This document shows positions 40,321-64,000 of a DNA stretch of 64,000 bases, in pieces. Where the stretch lies: assembly GCA_964035545.1 (NCBI GenBank), contig OZ037767.1:8132581-8196580 (forward strand), read 5' to 3'. The notes under the pieces were generated by a model. That model was not told where the DNA came from, did no database searches, and worked only from the letters and a program-made list of their open reading frames with translations. This DNA is from Bugula neritina (lineage: Eukaryota > Animalia > Bryozoa). Position numbers and translations under genes: made by a program. Positions within the stretch are counted from its first letter, which is position 1; every line of letters begins with the position of its first letter.

Positions 40321-43300
40321 GTTGCAGGATCGAAAGGTGATCTAACCCAGCCATTATAAAACTATGATTAACCTTTGGTGGATCTCAGACTATGATTAGT
40401 TTTTAAAGTCCATTCTCTTAATTCTGTGTGTTTAGGGCTCTGGTTTCCTAAGACTTTCAATGAGATAATAAAAATTTATATTATCACCCGATCAAGCATT
40501 TACATTAATACATGTAACATTTACACAATACTTTAAACTGAATACCCTTACTCTTCTGCCCTTTGACTATAAAATATATCCTGACTATATTTATTTGATA
40601 TCTATTCGTACATGTGTAAAGACTACAAAACAACATTGTTATTTTTCTTACTTCAGTTTATGACTATGTTATTTGCCGTTAGGTTAGATGAGAGCTTGGT
40701 TTTATTTTATATTTGACTTGCGTTTCAAATAGATTTTGTTGATATCAAAAATAGATTAACTCTGAGTATATTTATGCTTATTTAAAAAATCCTCATTTAT
40801 TGTTCCGTCCAGTTTTTTGTGATTTAACAGTCAAGTTACATTTCAATCCTCAATAAACAGTAATCTTGCTTTTAATTCAGTCTGTTCTCTTGTGCTACTG
40901 AATATTTTTATTGTACACCATATTGGTTGAAGCACAGATACGGCCGTCAAATAAAAGAAGTAGGAGTTGTTTCTTCTACGTAGTTATTCAATAAGGCTGT
41001 AAGCTGATATTGGTTACTATAATTTTTATGGCAAGTAAAATAAAAATAAACAGTTAGTTTAGTGGTTTATTTTGCAAATAAAAATATTACTCGATAATAT
41101 TTTATGATCTTTCTAACCTGCAACAGTTCTACAACAGGTTGCTATTTGGTTCTGTAGTTGCTAAGTGATTTTACTAGCCCAGTCATATTTATACATGTTC
41201 AACTAACCACTGTACATGACCTTCAACTGAAGTGCACATTTATTACAAGTATTGCTAAATGAACAGCTGAGCTAGACAATAGAAATGTCTAAATAATATA
41301 TAAAACACTATGAAATAGGCTACAGTGCTCACTCTTTTCACCAAGATTACTATAGCCTATATGACTGCTGTTGAGTGGTGCATAGAAAATGTGCTAAGAG
41401 AACTAAATAAGTAGTATAAGAAGTGTTCAAGTTTAACAAGCATCATAGGTTTTAAAAAAAATTAATCTCTGTATTATATACAAAATAATCCACCAGAAAG
41501 AATCTTATTAGCTATAATTGATAACAAAACTGCATGTACTGATGTCATACCATGAATTATTACCAAAAGTTCATCAAAGCAAAGTACATGATACCTGCAA
41601 CATGTACAATGCAACAGCACTATATGTATCATATGAATTTTACTGCCTCTTTAAATTGTGTATAACTCTACTTCAAACTATAGTGATTGCTACCTAACTA
41701 AACACCTAGTACTAGTTTCTTTGCAACAGTAGTTAATTGCATAGTTATTTATAGAGTTTATAGAAATCGTCACCCCCTTAGCCCTGGTTTTTTTACAAGC
41801 TAAATAAATTTCTCAGGTGTAATAAATTGTATTTAGAATGATAACATTATATTTGCGGTGAGGTGAAGAACCATCACATTTTTCTGATACATTATCAGCT
41901 CCTTTGAAGGCTGTGGTACTGGTCTGTGTTTACTTTTAATCATCAATAACAGAGTATGCTCTTATTTATCTTACCTGACTGTCAAGTGTTTACTCAGCAT
42001 GTATTTTAATTATAATAGCATGCTTAGCACTTATAACAAAATCAATACAGGTAAAATCAAACTTGATTTCAAATCAAGCTTATATATAACTTTATTGATC
42101 TTCTCTTTGTTAGTGGCGCTGCTCTCATAATTATTCTTTTTTAATATTGAGTGGTGCTTATAGAATTTTAATGAAAGTTTTTCGGCTTTGGTTTACCATT
42201 TTGTGAAAATAGGCGGTTTAAAAATTGTTCTGTAGTTGGGTTTAATTTACACAAAATAGCTTAGAATTTTTATATCTACTGTCCTATCACACTAAAGAAA
42301 CATTTAATCTCTATTACAGGCAACGTAGTTCTCTCAACTTTATACGCCTAAAGTCACAATAAAAAAATTAGAAATCTATTAAAATATATATTTTGACTTT
42401 TGTAGATTTGACATTTTTATTTAAGGCTTGACTGATTTGGTGATATAATTTGGAATTTACTTAAAATTTAACCTGCTGAAAGCTCATTGCTAAAATCAAG
42501 TTTTTCGATGATTGCGAAAATAATATATTACTTGCTCATTAAATAAATTGTAACACTGCCCTGACCAAATCATAGCCATTCAATTCCTATATAACTCGGC
42601 TAAGTTGACATTACTTAGGAAATTATTACAATGTAAAGCCTATACTGATTTAAGAGTGAACGAACTGGCCTTTTGTATATAATAGAGCAGACTGATGCTG
42701 TGATGTTACATGACAGGTAACTGATGACTACTAGTAATGCATTAACTTAATAAATCTTATTGATTTTTTACTGAGCTAACACCAAGTTCCTAATAGGTCA
42801 GCATGCAATATGATAATTAGAAATTGATCTTTTGACTTAGCGGCACTCCACTTTTCTCATTTGAAAAATTATTTTAGCTTATTCACTGGAAACGCATGGG
42901 ACACTATATCTGATAAGTAAAAGCTGGTAAGTGGTAACTTGTTGAATGGTGAGCAATAAATTATTACGGTGAATGCCTCTTATGTATATGCCACCTGCAC
43001 TGAATTATTCAATTGTACCTAAAATTTCAATGAAAGTTTTATTTTGGGACTGAAAGTCTTCAATGTAAGATGTTTTCTTTTATATAACTCCGTATCTGAA
43101 ACTTGCGCAACTTCTCTTAAGTCTGCATGTAACACACTTGTTTTGACTTTGCAGAGTTATGTACTGCTAAAACTTTAGATTCTGCTTCTGCCACTCCGTT
43201 CACTAAATTGAAAACTAACAGAATGATTATTTTGTGATAACTCTGATTTTTTCTTTCCTCATACTTTCAACATACTTTCTTTAAAAACCTAAAAACACAG

Positions 43301-44026
43301 AGTAAAGGCATTTTAATCTAGCAAGTTTCTGTTTCAAAATGTAGGTTACCATAGCATTTGCTATCTTTAACTACAAGGAAAGGTATAGTAGCCTACTCAA
43401 TTACCTCTAAATGCAATCTCACTTTTAGATGTTCTTCTGTTTTAGAAGCTAATCATTAGAATATAAAAAGGATTTTCCAGATAAATTTCCTGCCACAAAA
43501 TAGTGAGTTGCCATTTTAGCTGTGCTGTTAGCAGAGTTGATATTTTCTCATGCAGTTGATTGGAGTGAGCATAGCACAACAATGTTGATATTGTGAAGGG
43601 TAGAATCACTGAAATAGAATATTTTCCAGCTTATTGGGTAGAACTATATTGATGGTTTGTTTTATCACGTGACTACTCACATCATTCTCAAGTATAACAG
43701 CTTTATATATTATTATATTATATTACAGAACACAAAACATATTTTTCGGAAAACTCAACTAGAAGGTTAATAACTAGATCTTCTTAGACTCTGGTAAAAT
43801 ATAATTTTGTCAATGATACTGAAACATCATATATAATAAGTTTGAGTGAGTTTCATAAGATATACACCTTCTTTTTATCTCGGATAGATTGCCTTTGTAA
43901 ACATTTATAGTATATTGAGATTATGGCCCCATTGATAGCGGTCAGTAGTTCACACTTAGTCATTCACACGTGTGAGCTAGTAGTTATATAAACTGTGCAT
44001 ATTACTATTATTCTATACAGTAAGCA

Positions 44027-54053
<10,027 letters not shown>

Positions 54054-55114
54054 TTGATGAGAACAACAAGCATATCTTTGTGAAACTTTTTACTATGGAA
54101 ACTGGAAGTTTTCTAACTTTGCTTTAGTCAATAGAATATTCCAGTACAACCTGCAGAAGTATTTCCAAATTGTAGGTGCAGCCAACATCTCTATTAACAG
54201 GATTATTTGCTGCTTTTAGTTATGTATTTATAATGTTATTAGCAATTAAGGCAAGTTTGAAAAATAAGTTATAAACTATTTGATTTTATTGCCTTATTAA
54301 TTGGCATACAATATTTATTATATCACTTTTAAATTCGTACTTTTCACTAAAAGCATCTTTGTTTAAATGTGTTTACATCATAATAGTTACATAACTAGAG
54401 TAAGATAATTATGCAACATTAGGGTCTATACGTCATACTGCACTGGGAAGTACACACTCCTGTTATAGTATATCATACTAAGTTTTGCTATAGCATTACA
54501 TTAGTATTTGTTTCCAATATCATAATATTGTTAGTGTTTGTTAGGTGTTTTTAAAATAACTCAGTGAACAAAACAAACTCAAATAAAACAAAAATTGACA
54601 TAAGTGTACTGACTTTGTAACCAGAGTGCTAGAAATGTATTTATATGTCTTGGACTGTTTTAACCTAACTGACTTATCTAGACTGCACATACAGCTGTCA
54701 TTTAGCATAGGATGGCAGCACTGGTTGGTAAAACCACATGAAGCAATAACTACTGGTTCATTCGTGTATGTTGCATCATACTTGACTCTGCCAGACAAAA
54801 ATATAGTAAATTCATCACTTATTCTATACTTTAAAGTCTGTTTCTTTTATTGTAAAATTTAATTTATGAACTGTCTATCATAACGATTTTAAATATGGAA
54901 TATATGAAGTAATTGTACTTACAAAATAAAGTTCCTATCGCAATATGTAGTATTGATGTCACTAGTTCTATTATATAATTAATTCTAATATTTCCACACT
55001 ATATTATACTATATCAATCTAAATATAGCACTGCACAACACTCTAATAAGGTATATTATTATACTGTTTTGAGAAATAACCTGCCCACTATAATAAACAG
55101 CGTCATACCTTTGA

Positions 55115-55465
55115 TTCTTACAATGTTACTGCACCACATACACTCTCATCATCTGAACGAAAAGTGCACTTGAACAGGTATTTATGGAAGGAAAGTTTAC
55201 TAGAAAGAAATAGACCAGTAAAGCTGAAGTTAGGAAGAGATAGATTATCAGAGGGTTGATACACAGTAGGACAGGAACGAAGACTTGATCAGGAAGGGGT
55301 GGCACTGAAATCAATCAATGAAAAATTTGGTTCACCAGGAGTGGATACAATAGAAAGCAATTCGTAGCAGGGGTTTATGAATGGGCGGATCCATTAGAAG
55401 TGGAACAGTAAAAGATGACATTCAGAGGATTATACAGGAAATATCTGATATGAAAAGGTGGGCTT
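55115..55465 (-). mobile_element. Possible decayed non-LTR retrotransposon 3' fragment
   Basis: Pyrimidine-skewed minus strand with broken frames. One segment reads FTGLFLSSKLSFHKYLFKCTFRSDDESVCGAV, reminiscent of the TG...YL...CxCG zinc-knuckle region of LINE ORF2 C-termini. Pattern recognition only. Confidence 0.25.
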
Positions 55466-56048
55466 ATAAAGTTTGACCTGGTAACTAGCTGAGAGTTCAA
55501 TTTAATTATCAAGTTCTTTAGAATGACTGGCTATAATTCCGATGCTAGAATCCCTGACCCCCATCACTTAACAAGTAACTTGGGAACATAGAAATACTAT
55601 CAATGACTCATCTATTCTTTATAAAAAGCTACTAGAAAATCTAATGAACTTTACTATATTGTGGGATTTATGAGAGAGAAGTTTTTTCTTATCAACTATT
55701 AAATCAAATGGTAAATACAGCATACTTGAATTTATTAAAAAAATAATGAATATAAAATATAAAGCATAAAATGATATAATAAAATTGAGCTAGCCCTATC
55801 GCAGGCAGTATAATGTACCAACAAATCTTCACACAAATCAGTATTATAAACTCTAAAGAAAATAAATTTCTAAAAAGAATAAAAAATTCAAACTAAACCA
55901 GCACAAGTTTTGGACGGAAAATAAACTTCAAGATTGAAAAAACTATAAATATATAAGAAGTAAACTCAGCAGACACAATCACAGAGAGATTAGTATTTGA
56001 AGCTGCCAGGACAGCAGTTACATAATAAATAGTCAACGAGCATACGAG

Positions 56049-59000
56049 TTACTCAACATTAGGGAAAGAAATAGAGCGGGGATTCACTGCATCTTCGTCA
56101 TCTCTTTTCAACATGTTTGGCAACATGGCAGGAACCTACAGAATATCATATACTATACAGTACGTAGAAATGTGAAAGGGTGGAGTTATGCCAAGAGAGA
56201 TAACTAGTAACATTGCAGTGTCTGCCATGTGAGTCACTAGGAGCAGTTAGTGAATGTATGTTCAGAACCATAGAAATTTTAGACTACCAAAAATATCATT
56301 AGAAAAAGGTTGAGTGATTCTATCAAATTGAAGTAACAATACTGCAGAGGTTTAAATTAAACGCAATCTTAAATAGCATGTAAAAAATATATTTTAAATT
56401 TTCCAACTGAATTGATGATAGAAATGTGATGTTTATAATTCAGGGATGTGTCTGATATTGTGGTAAAATTGCGGAGAGTTGATAAACTTCGAAAAACCAA
56501 CACCAATACTAAATATATGTTGTTACTAAGCGTAGGGCCAATAATATTTGATTGAGGCACAATACAGGAGAAGCAACTCCTGACATGCAGCTATTTAGTG
56601 AGGCTAGCAGTAACTGCAAACTACTTTTTGGTTTATAGAATTAACCCAGTCAATTTTAATTATAATATGTGTATACACATGTGAAGGTCAATTAAGTTCG
56701 ACATTATGTTCTGTAACAATCATACACATCAACATTTAGCAGGTAAGAATAAGTTTTAGCTATACAGAAACATAGTATAATTTACAAACCACCTACTTGC
56801 TTCAGGTTATGCAAGAACAATAAGCATATAACAATAGCAAATCAGGTACAGCGTACACAAGAACATCTAAGTGGAGCTAATTTACAACTCTATAACAAAA
56901 CTGTTCTTCGTTGCTTATCTCAATAGGTGAAGGCAACAATAATATTGCATGAAAACATTGCATCACTGTATGCACCACTGTAAGCTTGCTGTGAACAATA
57001 TAAATAAATGATAATTTCTAGTAAATTAAATGGCAGGATACAAAGAAAGCAGTTGGGTTTGCAGTTTTGATATACTTACAATGGGTTCCTGAGAGATAAA
57101 ACATATGTATGTAAATGTGATTTAAGGAAAGCAGAGAAAATACTGAGCAAAGAACCTAGACTCACACCTTACAAGATGATAACCTAACTGTCCAAACAGA
57201 ACTAATCTGTACATCAAAACTATAATAATGAAAGTCATGTGATGTTTGGTGTGTTGGGAAGTTTTTGCTTATAAAATGTGTAACTCAATAGCCTGATACC
57301 TCAGCTATAGTAGCATACTTGAACCTGTCCCCCAAGCAGAATAATGTCAGTTTATATAAAAACCTCAGAGTATATTATTCAAAACAACTTTTAAAACTTC
57401 AAAACTATCTTACTATTTCATAACAAGCCTGATCACCATGAACAACTAATTAAATATGGCGTAGTATATACCTTGGTGTATTTACCTAGCAATGAGTGAC
57501 ACTTGTGATTCATAGCTATGGTTGATAGAAGTCATAGTTATGAGTCATAGTTATGACTCATAACTATAAACCACAACTATAAGTCATAGTTAGGTAGGGA
57601 ATTATCAATACCTGATAGTCATAGTATTGTCTGCCTCTCAACTTCTGTTTCTTTGGTGTTGGCTTCTCCATCTCCTTCAGATAGTCCTGGCAAGTCAAGT
57701 TATTCTACAACATTTGAGGAAGCAGAACTATTTAATAATTGTATGTATACGAGTATATGGTAACAGCTACCTGCTACTGTTTAGTGGTTGTTAACTGCTT
57801 TGCTATTCCAAAATAGTAAAAAAACACCGTTTAAATAATTTTCTATAAAACATACAATTGTTGAGTGAACCCTGGATTTAATGACAAAGATGAGTTCAAC
57901 CTTTGGCAGAGCACAACGCTAAGATAGTACTTTCCAAAGCATTTTTTAGTAAAATGAGCAGATACTTATTCCTCTTACATCCAATAAGTTATTATTACTT
58001 TCAAAAACATTTGAAGAAAATGTTGTGTAAAAGTTGATTTTGCATAAGTATAAGAATATCTATGATAAATATAAAACAGATCTATGATTGATTTAGACAT
58101 GTTTATGATGGCCATAAAAACATATAAGCAAGCTTAAGAATATATACATAACAAATATAGAAACATGCATTAATCAAAAACTACAGAAACATCTTAAGTA
58201 TCCCTTCACACTACAACTAGTTACCAACTCACAACGTCGACAGCAGTAGGATCTCCGCCAGCGTTGTTCACCAGCTGCCCATACACCTGTCTCTTGATGG
58301 AAGAGGCAGCTGCATAGTGAACTGGAGTCCTAAGCAGATTGTCGGTCTCCTTCACCAGATCTGGACATTGGTCAATAAGAAACTTGACCAGGTCAGCGTG
58401 ACCGTGTAGAATGGCCAGGTGGAGGAGCGTGCGGCCGTACCTGTCTTTACCTGTAACAATGTGTGTCTCCTCAGATTAATCGACTTTTACAGTGTTTATT
58501 ATTCCTAACCAATAAATCTAAACTCTAACATCTAGAAAGTAGCTGTGCTGTAGTGGTTACAGTGCTGGCTGGGTGAACACACGATCGGAAGTTTGAGCAA
58601 AAATAAGGAGCCCTAATATGTTGAATAATTTTATTCTAATTTGAATACTTGTGCTAGGTTATGACATCATAGTATTCATGTGTAACTATACATACATTGT
58701 AGAAGTCTAACTTCTCCACTGTTCTTAGCCAACAGTTTTATATCATTTGTAACAACAGCTTGCTGTAGAGTCTTAATCTTTGCCTGGGGTATAGAAATAT
58801 ACATTATACACTATGCATTACCATTAGACACTATGAATTACTATCAGACCCTGTGCATTACCATAATATACTATGCATACATTTATTTACCACAATTTGC
58901 AATGAATTATTTCAACATATTATACATTACTAGAACATACTATACATTGCCATTACACACCATGCACTACAACTACACTATGTATTACCATTATACACTA

Positions 59001-62000
59001 TGCATTATTACAACTAACTATGCATTACCATTAGGCTATACACCACGGGTTATTATTATTAACTATGCATTACCATTATCCACTATGCATTATAACCATT
59101 ACACGAAATGCATTATAACCATTATACACTATGCACTACCATTATACACTGTACATTACCATTATACACTGTACATTACCATTATACACCGTACATTACC
59201 GTTATACACTGTACATTACCGTTATACACCGTACATTACCTTTATACACTGTACATTATGTTATACACTGTACATCACCATTATACACTGTACATTACCA
59301 TTATACACTGTACATTATGTTATACACTGTACATTACCGTTATACACTGTACATTACCATTATACACTGTACATTACCGTTATACACTGTACATTACCGT
59401 TATACACTGTACATTACCATTATACACTGTACATTACCATTATACACTGTACATTACCATTATACACTGTACATTACCTTTATACACCGTACATTACCGT
59501 TATACACTGTACATTACCGTTATACACTGTACATTACCATTATACACTGTACATTACCATTATACACTGTACATTACCGTTATACACTGTACATTACCGT
59601 TATACACTTTACATTACCATTATACATGGTACATTACCTTTATACACCGTACATTACCATTATACACTGTACATTACTGTTATACACCGTACATTACCAT
59701 TATACACCGTACATTACCATTATACACCGTACATTACCATTATACACTGTACATTACCATTATACACTGTACATTACCGTTATACACTGTACATTACCGC
59801 TATACAAGGTACATTACCATTATACACCGTACATTACTATTATACACTATGCCCTACCATTACACACTATACATTACCATTATACACTGCACATTGCCAT
59901 TATACACTGCACATTACCATTATACACTGTACAGTACCATTATACACTGTACAGTACCATTGTACACCGTACATTACCATTATACACTATGCACTACCAT
60001 TATACACCGTACATTACCATTATACACTACACATTACCATTATATACTGCACATTACCATTATACACTGTACATTACCATTATACACTGTACACTGTACA
60101 TTACCATTGTACACTGTACATTACCATTGTACACTGTACATTACCATTGTACACTGTACATTACCATTATACACTGCACATTACCATTATACACTGCACA
60201 TTACCATTATACACTGTACATTACCATTATACACCGTACATTACCATTATACACCGTACATTACCATTATACACTATACATTACCATTATACACTATGCA
60301 CTACCATTATACACTGTACATTACCATTATACACTGCACATTACCATTATATACTGCACATTACCATTATACACTGTACATTACCATTATACACTGTACA
60401 CTGTACATTACCATTGTACACTGTACATTACCATTGTACACTGTACATTACCATTATACACTGCACATTACCATTATACACTGCACATTACCATTATACA
60501 CTGCACATTACCATTATACACTGCACATTACCATTATACACTGTACATTACCATTATACACTGTACATTACCATTACACACTGTACATTACCATTGTACA
60601 CTGTACATTACCATTATACACTGTACATTACCATTACACACTGTACATTACCATTGTACACTGTACATTACCATTATACACTGTACATTACCATTATACA
60701 CTGTACATTACCATTATACACTATGCACTACCATTATACACCGTACATTACCATTATACACTGTACATTACCATTATATACTGCACATTACCATTATACA
60801 CTGTACATTACCATTATACACTGTACATTACCATTACACATTATGCATTACCAGAGTAGAATCGTAGGCATCCAGCATCTCCACCATCTCCTGCAGGTTA
60901 GAGAGATACGCCAACTCTCTGGCTGGTAACATCCTAGCTTCTTTCTTCCTCTGGTGCCCTTTGATGTCTATCACGTGATCATATGACTCCAGTATTAGTG
61001 TCTCAACATTGTGGTACTCTTCATTGGTAATCTACAGGAAACACATAGTCTTACAAGTTCAAATTTGCAAAGTTTTATATGTTACTGGATATAAATGCAT
61101 CTCAGAGAACTTCAACTGTTCACAACGAGCAAGCTACTGTATCACCATTGCTCTAAAGTTTGATAAAAAAATTTCTAACTAAAATTTTCTAAGAAATGAG
61201 CTGTAATTAACACATTTAAACTTAACCTTTATTATACCTAATCTATTATAATTAACCGATTGTCCTTAATCTATTATAATAACCATTTTATACATTACAT
61301 AGTAGAATAAGCCTTATAATACAACTTATGAACTGCACTTTATTCACTAATACCTAACTTATGGTTGCTGTATTTTCTAAACATTAACCTCTCACCTTAT
61401 AAATAAGATATTCATCTATGATTTGTATGAGTTGGTGAGAGAGGTCAGTGCCAATGGCCGCTAGGTAATCTCTAGCTGTGAAACCCTCAGCATCTCGAGA
61501 GCCGATGTATATCTTTCTGTCCAACAGGGTTCTGATCATCTCGTCTTTCAGCTGCAGACACAATCAACACAAGCATGGACCCTACTTTCTGTAGAGATAT
61601 ATACTTGGGAAGTAGAGAGTGTGGACAAGGTCAAAGTTTAAATAAGTTTCAATATTGGAACAAACAAAAAAGCCTATAAACTTCCGGATAACTTAATAAA
61701 AGTAGCTCACTTTCCACGAGTATTACTCTATATCTAGATTAACAAAAATTTCATAAAGTAAATTAAAGAATAACTAGACTGTAAAATACTGTAGGATAAA
61801 AACAAAAAGCTGTATTTAGCTATTGCCATTTTTTAAAAATAGATTTTCTGTTGTTCCCAGTTTACCTTGTCTGGCTTTCTCAACACCACTTTATGAAGGA
61901 GAGTGTGTCCAAGCTCGTCCCTCAGAGTTACATCAGCATAACGAGTGACAACTAAGGCTACTTCAGAGTCAATGTCATCTTTGAAAGCCCAGAAGGCAGC

Positions 62001-63718
62001 TGGTCCACAAGGAGCACATTCTACACGAGGCGACAACTCCAATTATGGCAATAGAACTATAGAAAACTCAGCCATTGGCTATTAATAGTAACACCGTCTG
62101 ATGACCTACATACTTAATTTCTGCTTATAACTTATATAGCAAGTTCACTAAACTGTAAGCTAGACACATTTTATACAAATGTTACATTCTCAATATTGTG
62201 AGACTGTGGACTTTGCATTTGCATTATATATGGTTTAGATACAAATATCATTTGGGAGCTTCGAATACAGTAGCTATCATAAATATGAATGAGCATGCCC
62301 GGGCTACCTTTGCTTTGATGAATGGAGAAAGGATTATTCCAAATGATTATTAGGAACTACTAGCTATTATTACTAAAGTAACCAGTTGATGCCCAACAGT
62401 TCAGCTGGCCAGTTACAGATTCAGAAGAGATTATAATGATCTGGTTTGTTGAATTCAGCAAGTAGACTAATGGATATTATAGATAGAATAGGTTTGTAAA
62501 ATAAATTGTAGTGCACATAGAAGGAAGTACAAATATTTCACACTTAGACTAGATGTAATAAACATATTGTCATATTCTAGTTGGTAAACATTAAATAACT
62601 TGTATGTGTACTGCAAAGAAAACTCAAATATTAGAAATATAAATTTCATAGAAATAGTATGTTTATGCATTTGCAACAACATTATTAAAAGCATTACAAT
62701 TGATAAATTTAAATAAGTTTACTTCTTACTATGAAATGCCATGTTCACCATATGGTGATAAACAGTTGGACATCATAAGAGTAAATGTACCAGACACAAA
62801 GGGAGTAAAACTGGTAAATGTCTCACCTTCATAGTGACAGCTGAGATCAGCTCCAAATCTGATGAGAAAGTCCACCACATCAGCCGTGCAGTACTCCATG
62901 GCAGGTATTATGAGAGGTCTCGGCACGTACTCCCCACTGAGGTCTGGCTTGAACCCAGCCAAGTAGTGGCAGTCTATTGGGTTCACATTACACAGCCCTA
63001 GAACAGCATAAAGGTATTACCTGCGACACCTAATCACAATGTGTAGTGTTGATAGATTGGTAAGGATTGTAGAGTTTTCATAAACAGCGGTGATAATAAA
63101 TGTTATTGCAATAAAAACAGTGAAACTGTCTTAAAACTTTATGTGAGGTCTCAAAACTTAATTTCAAATCACATTGAGTTATTAGTCCCAATAACAACAA
63201 CTTAAGGTAACACTGACCAGTTATAAAAGCTGTTGTATTGGGCAATAATAAGACAAGTTTAATAGATCTATATATCACACAGATCAGTGTTTGTACAGAC
63301 ATATAACATAAGTATAGTTACTTTTCCCTAAAGCAATCAGCATTTTCATCTTGTACAGATCACAGGCAAAGGTGGCCGTAACGAAATCATTAGTGTGTTC
63401 ATACTCTTCCAGTTTCTTAAACACCTGCAGCATAGCATGAGTACCAGAGTTTGCATTGAAGCCTTTAGCATATTTAACAACAAATAATATAAAATTAAAG
63501 AATCTAACAACAACTAATACAAAATTAGAGAATCCTAAAACATGCAAATTAAGAAAAGATAATTTATTTATAAAGTCGCCCACAAAGCACTGATTGGCCT
63601 ACCTCTGTAAAGCCCTTTGACTTGGCCATCTCTTTGAGAAATCTGCCATTCTTTTTGCATTTGACGCGAGACCAGGATTGGAGTGCTCGAGTGACCTTGG
63701 GGAGATTGTCATCTTCCA
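56049..63718 (-). CDS. Uncharacterised ankyrin-repeat protein, 3' part (about 455 codons; 5' end not resolved within the window)
   Basis: Ten phase-consistent exons (minus): 63718-63603, 63424-63322, 62997-62827, 62020-61866, 61551-61396, 61031-60852, 58783-58696, 58450-58233, 57704-57612, 56135-56049 (TAA). Ankyrin motifs VVDFLIRFGADL, RDELGHTLLHKVV, RDAEGFTARDY, KDRYGRTLLHLAILHGHADLVKFLI, TDNLLRTPVHYAA. Confidence 0.85.
57534..57567. repeat. Perfect 16-bp inverted repeat with a 2-nt spacer, carrying paired AP-1-like sites
   Basis: ATAGTTATGAGTCATA-GT-TATGACTCATAACTAT. Confidence 0.85.
58800..60851. repeat. Satellite of about 100 copies of a 20-bp unit filling an intron of the ankyrin gene
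   Basis: Unit CATTATACACTGTACATTAC. It is homogeneous from about 59130 to 60850 and degenerate at 58800-59130. Variant units recur at about 307-bp spacing. Confidence 0.97.
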
Positions 63719-64000
63719 CTACAAACCATGACATATATACTAAACTATCACAGCTAGTGGTTGGCCAAAACAACAGTTCAAATTTAGAAGTTCCGCTTCT
63801 TTGTGCAAATACAGAAAAAAATGTGTATTCTGAGAAATTTGTAATGTGGTCGAAGAGTAGCAGCTGCGTGAGGAGGATAGCAGTGCTAGGACAAAAATAT
63901 TCAGATATTGAAAATGAAATTAGCAGCTAGAGGATGAGATAGAAGTAAACATACAGGGTGTGGGTGCACGGTGGCAAGCAGCAATGGCAAAACCCGTGTT

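Noticed and set aside
57166-57206. Possible extra 41-nt exon of the ankyrin gene (and a 73-nt candidate near 57900-57972)
   Set aside because: Either would break the reading phase between exon 57704-57612 and its neighbours, which already join cleanly.
58800-60851. CRISPR-like regular repeat array
   Set aside because: The units are contiguous with no unique spacers, there are no cas genes and the context is eukaryotic.
58833-60929. Three long overlapping ORFs (578-698 aa) rich in Y, T, H, I, L and C
   Set aside because: They are translations of the 20-bp satellite, whose plus strand happens to lack stop codons in all frames. They lie antisense within an intron and have no credible gene structure.

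Overview
AT-rich, intron-rich eukaryotic DNA from an invertebrate animal. The gene set and intron sizes (about 75 to 2700 nt) suggest a lophotrochozoan, which is an inference only. By joining GT-AG exons by hand with consistent reading phase I reconstructed seven genes: (1) the 3' part of a receptor-type protein tyrosine phosphatase with tandem D1/D2 domains (+, 632-10105); (2) an uncharacterised 189-aa leaderless protein with a probable beta-trefoil fold (+, 12785-15946); (3) a secreted heme peroxidase of the 'non-animal' peroxidase-catalase superfamily (+, 16691-19598); (4) SAE1 (-, 20128-23628), head-to-head with (5) CEP164 (+, 25797-40320); (6) an aromatic L-amino-acid (DOPA) decarboxylase (+, 44027-54053); (7) the 3' part of an ankyrin-repeat gene (-, 56049-63718). 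Non-coding content includes a tRNA-derived SINE with a 19-bp target-site duplication, two copies of a hAT-type MITE, micro- and minisatellites, and a 2-kb satellite of 20-bp units. The most unusual signals are a plant/fungal-type peroxidase in an animal, an intron built almost entirely from about 100 repeats of its own splice-donor motif, three further duplications that straddle splice sites, and clusters of near-perfect palindromes beside predicted promoters. Most ORFs in the supplied track are exon fragments or repeat artefacts.
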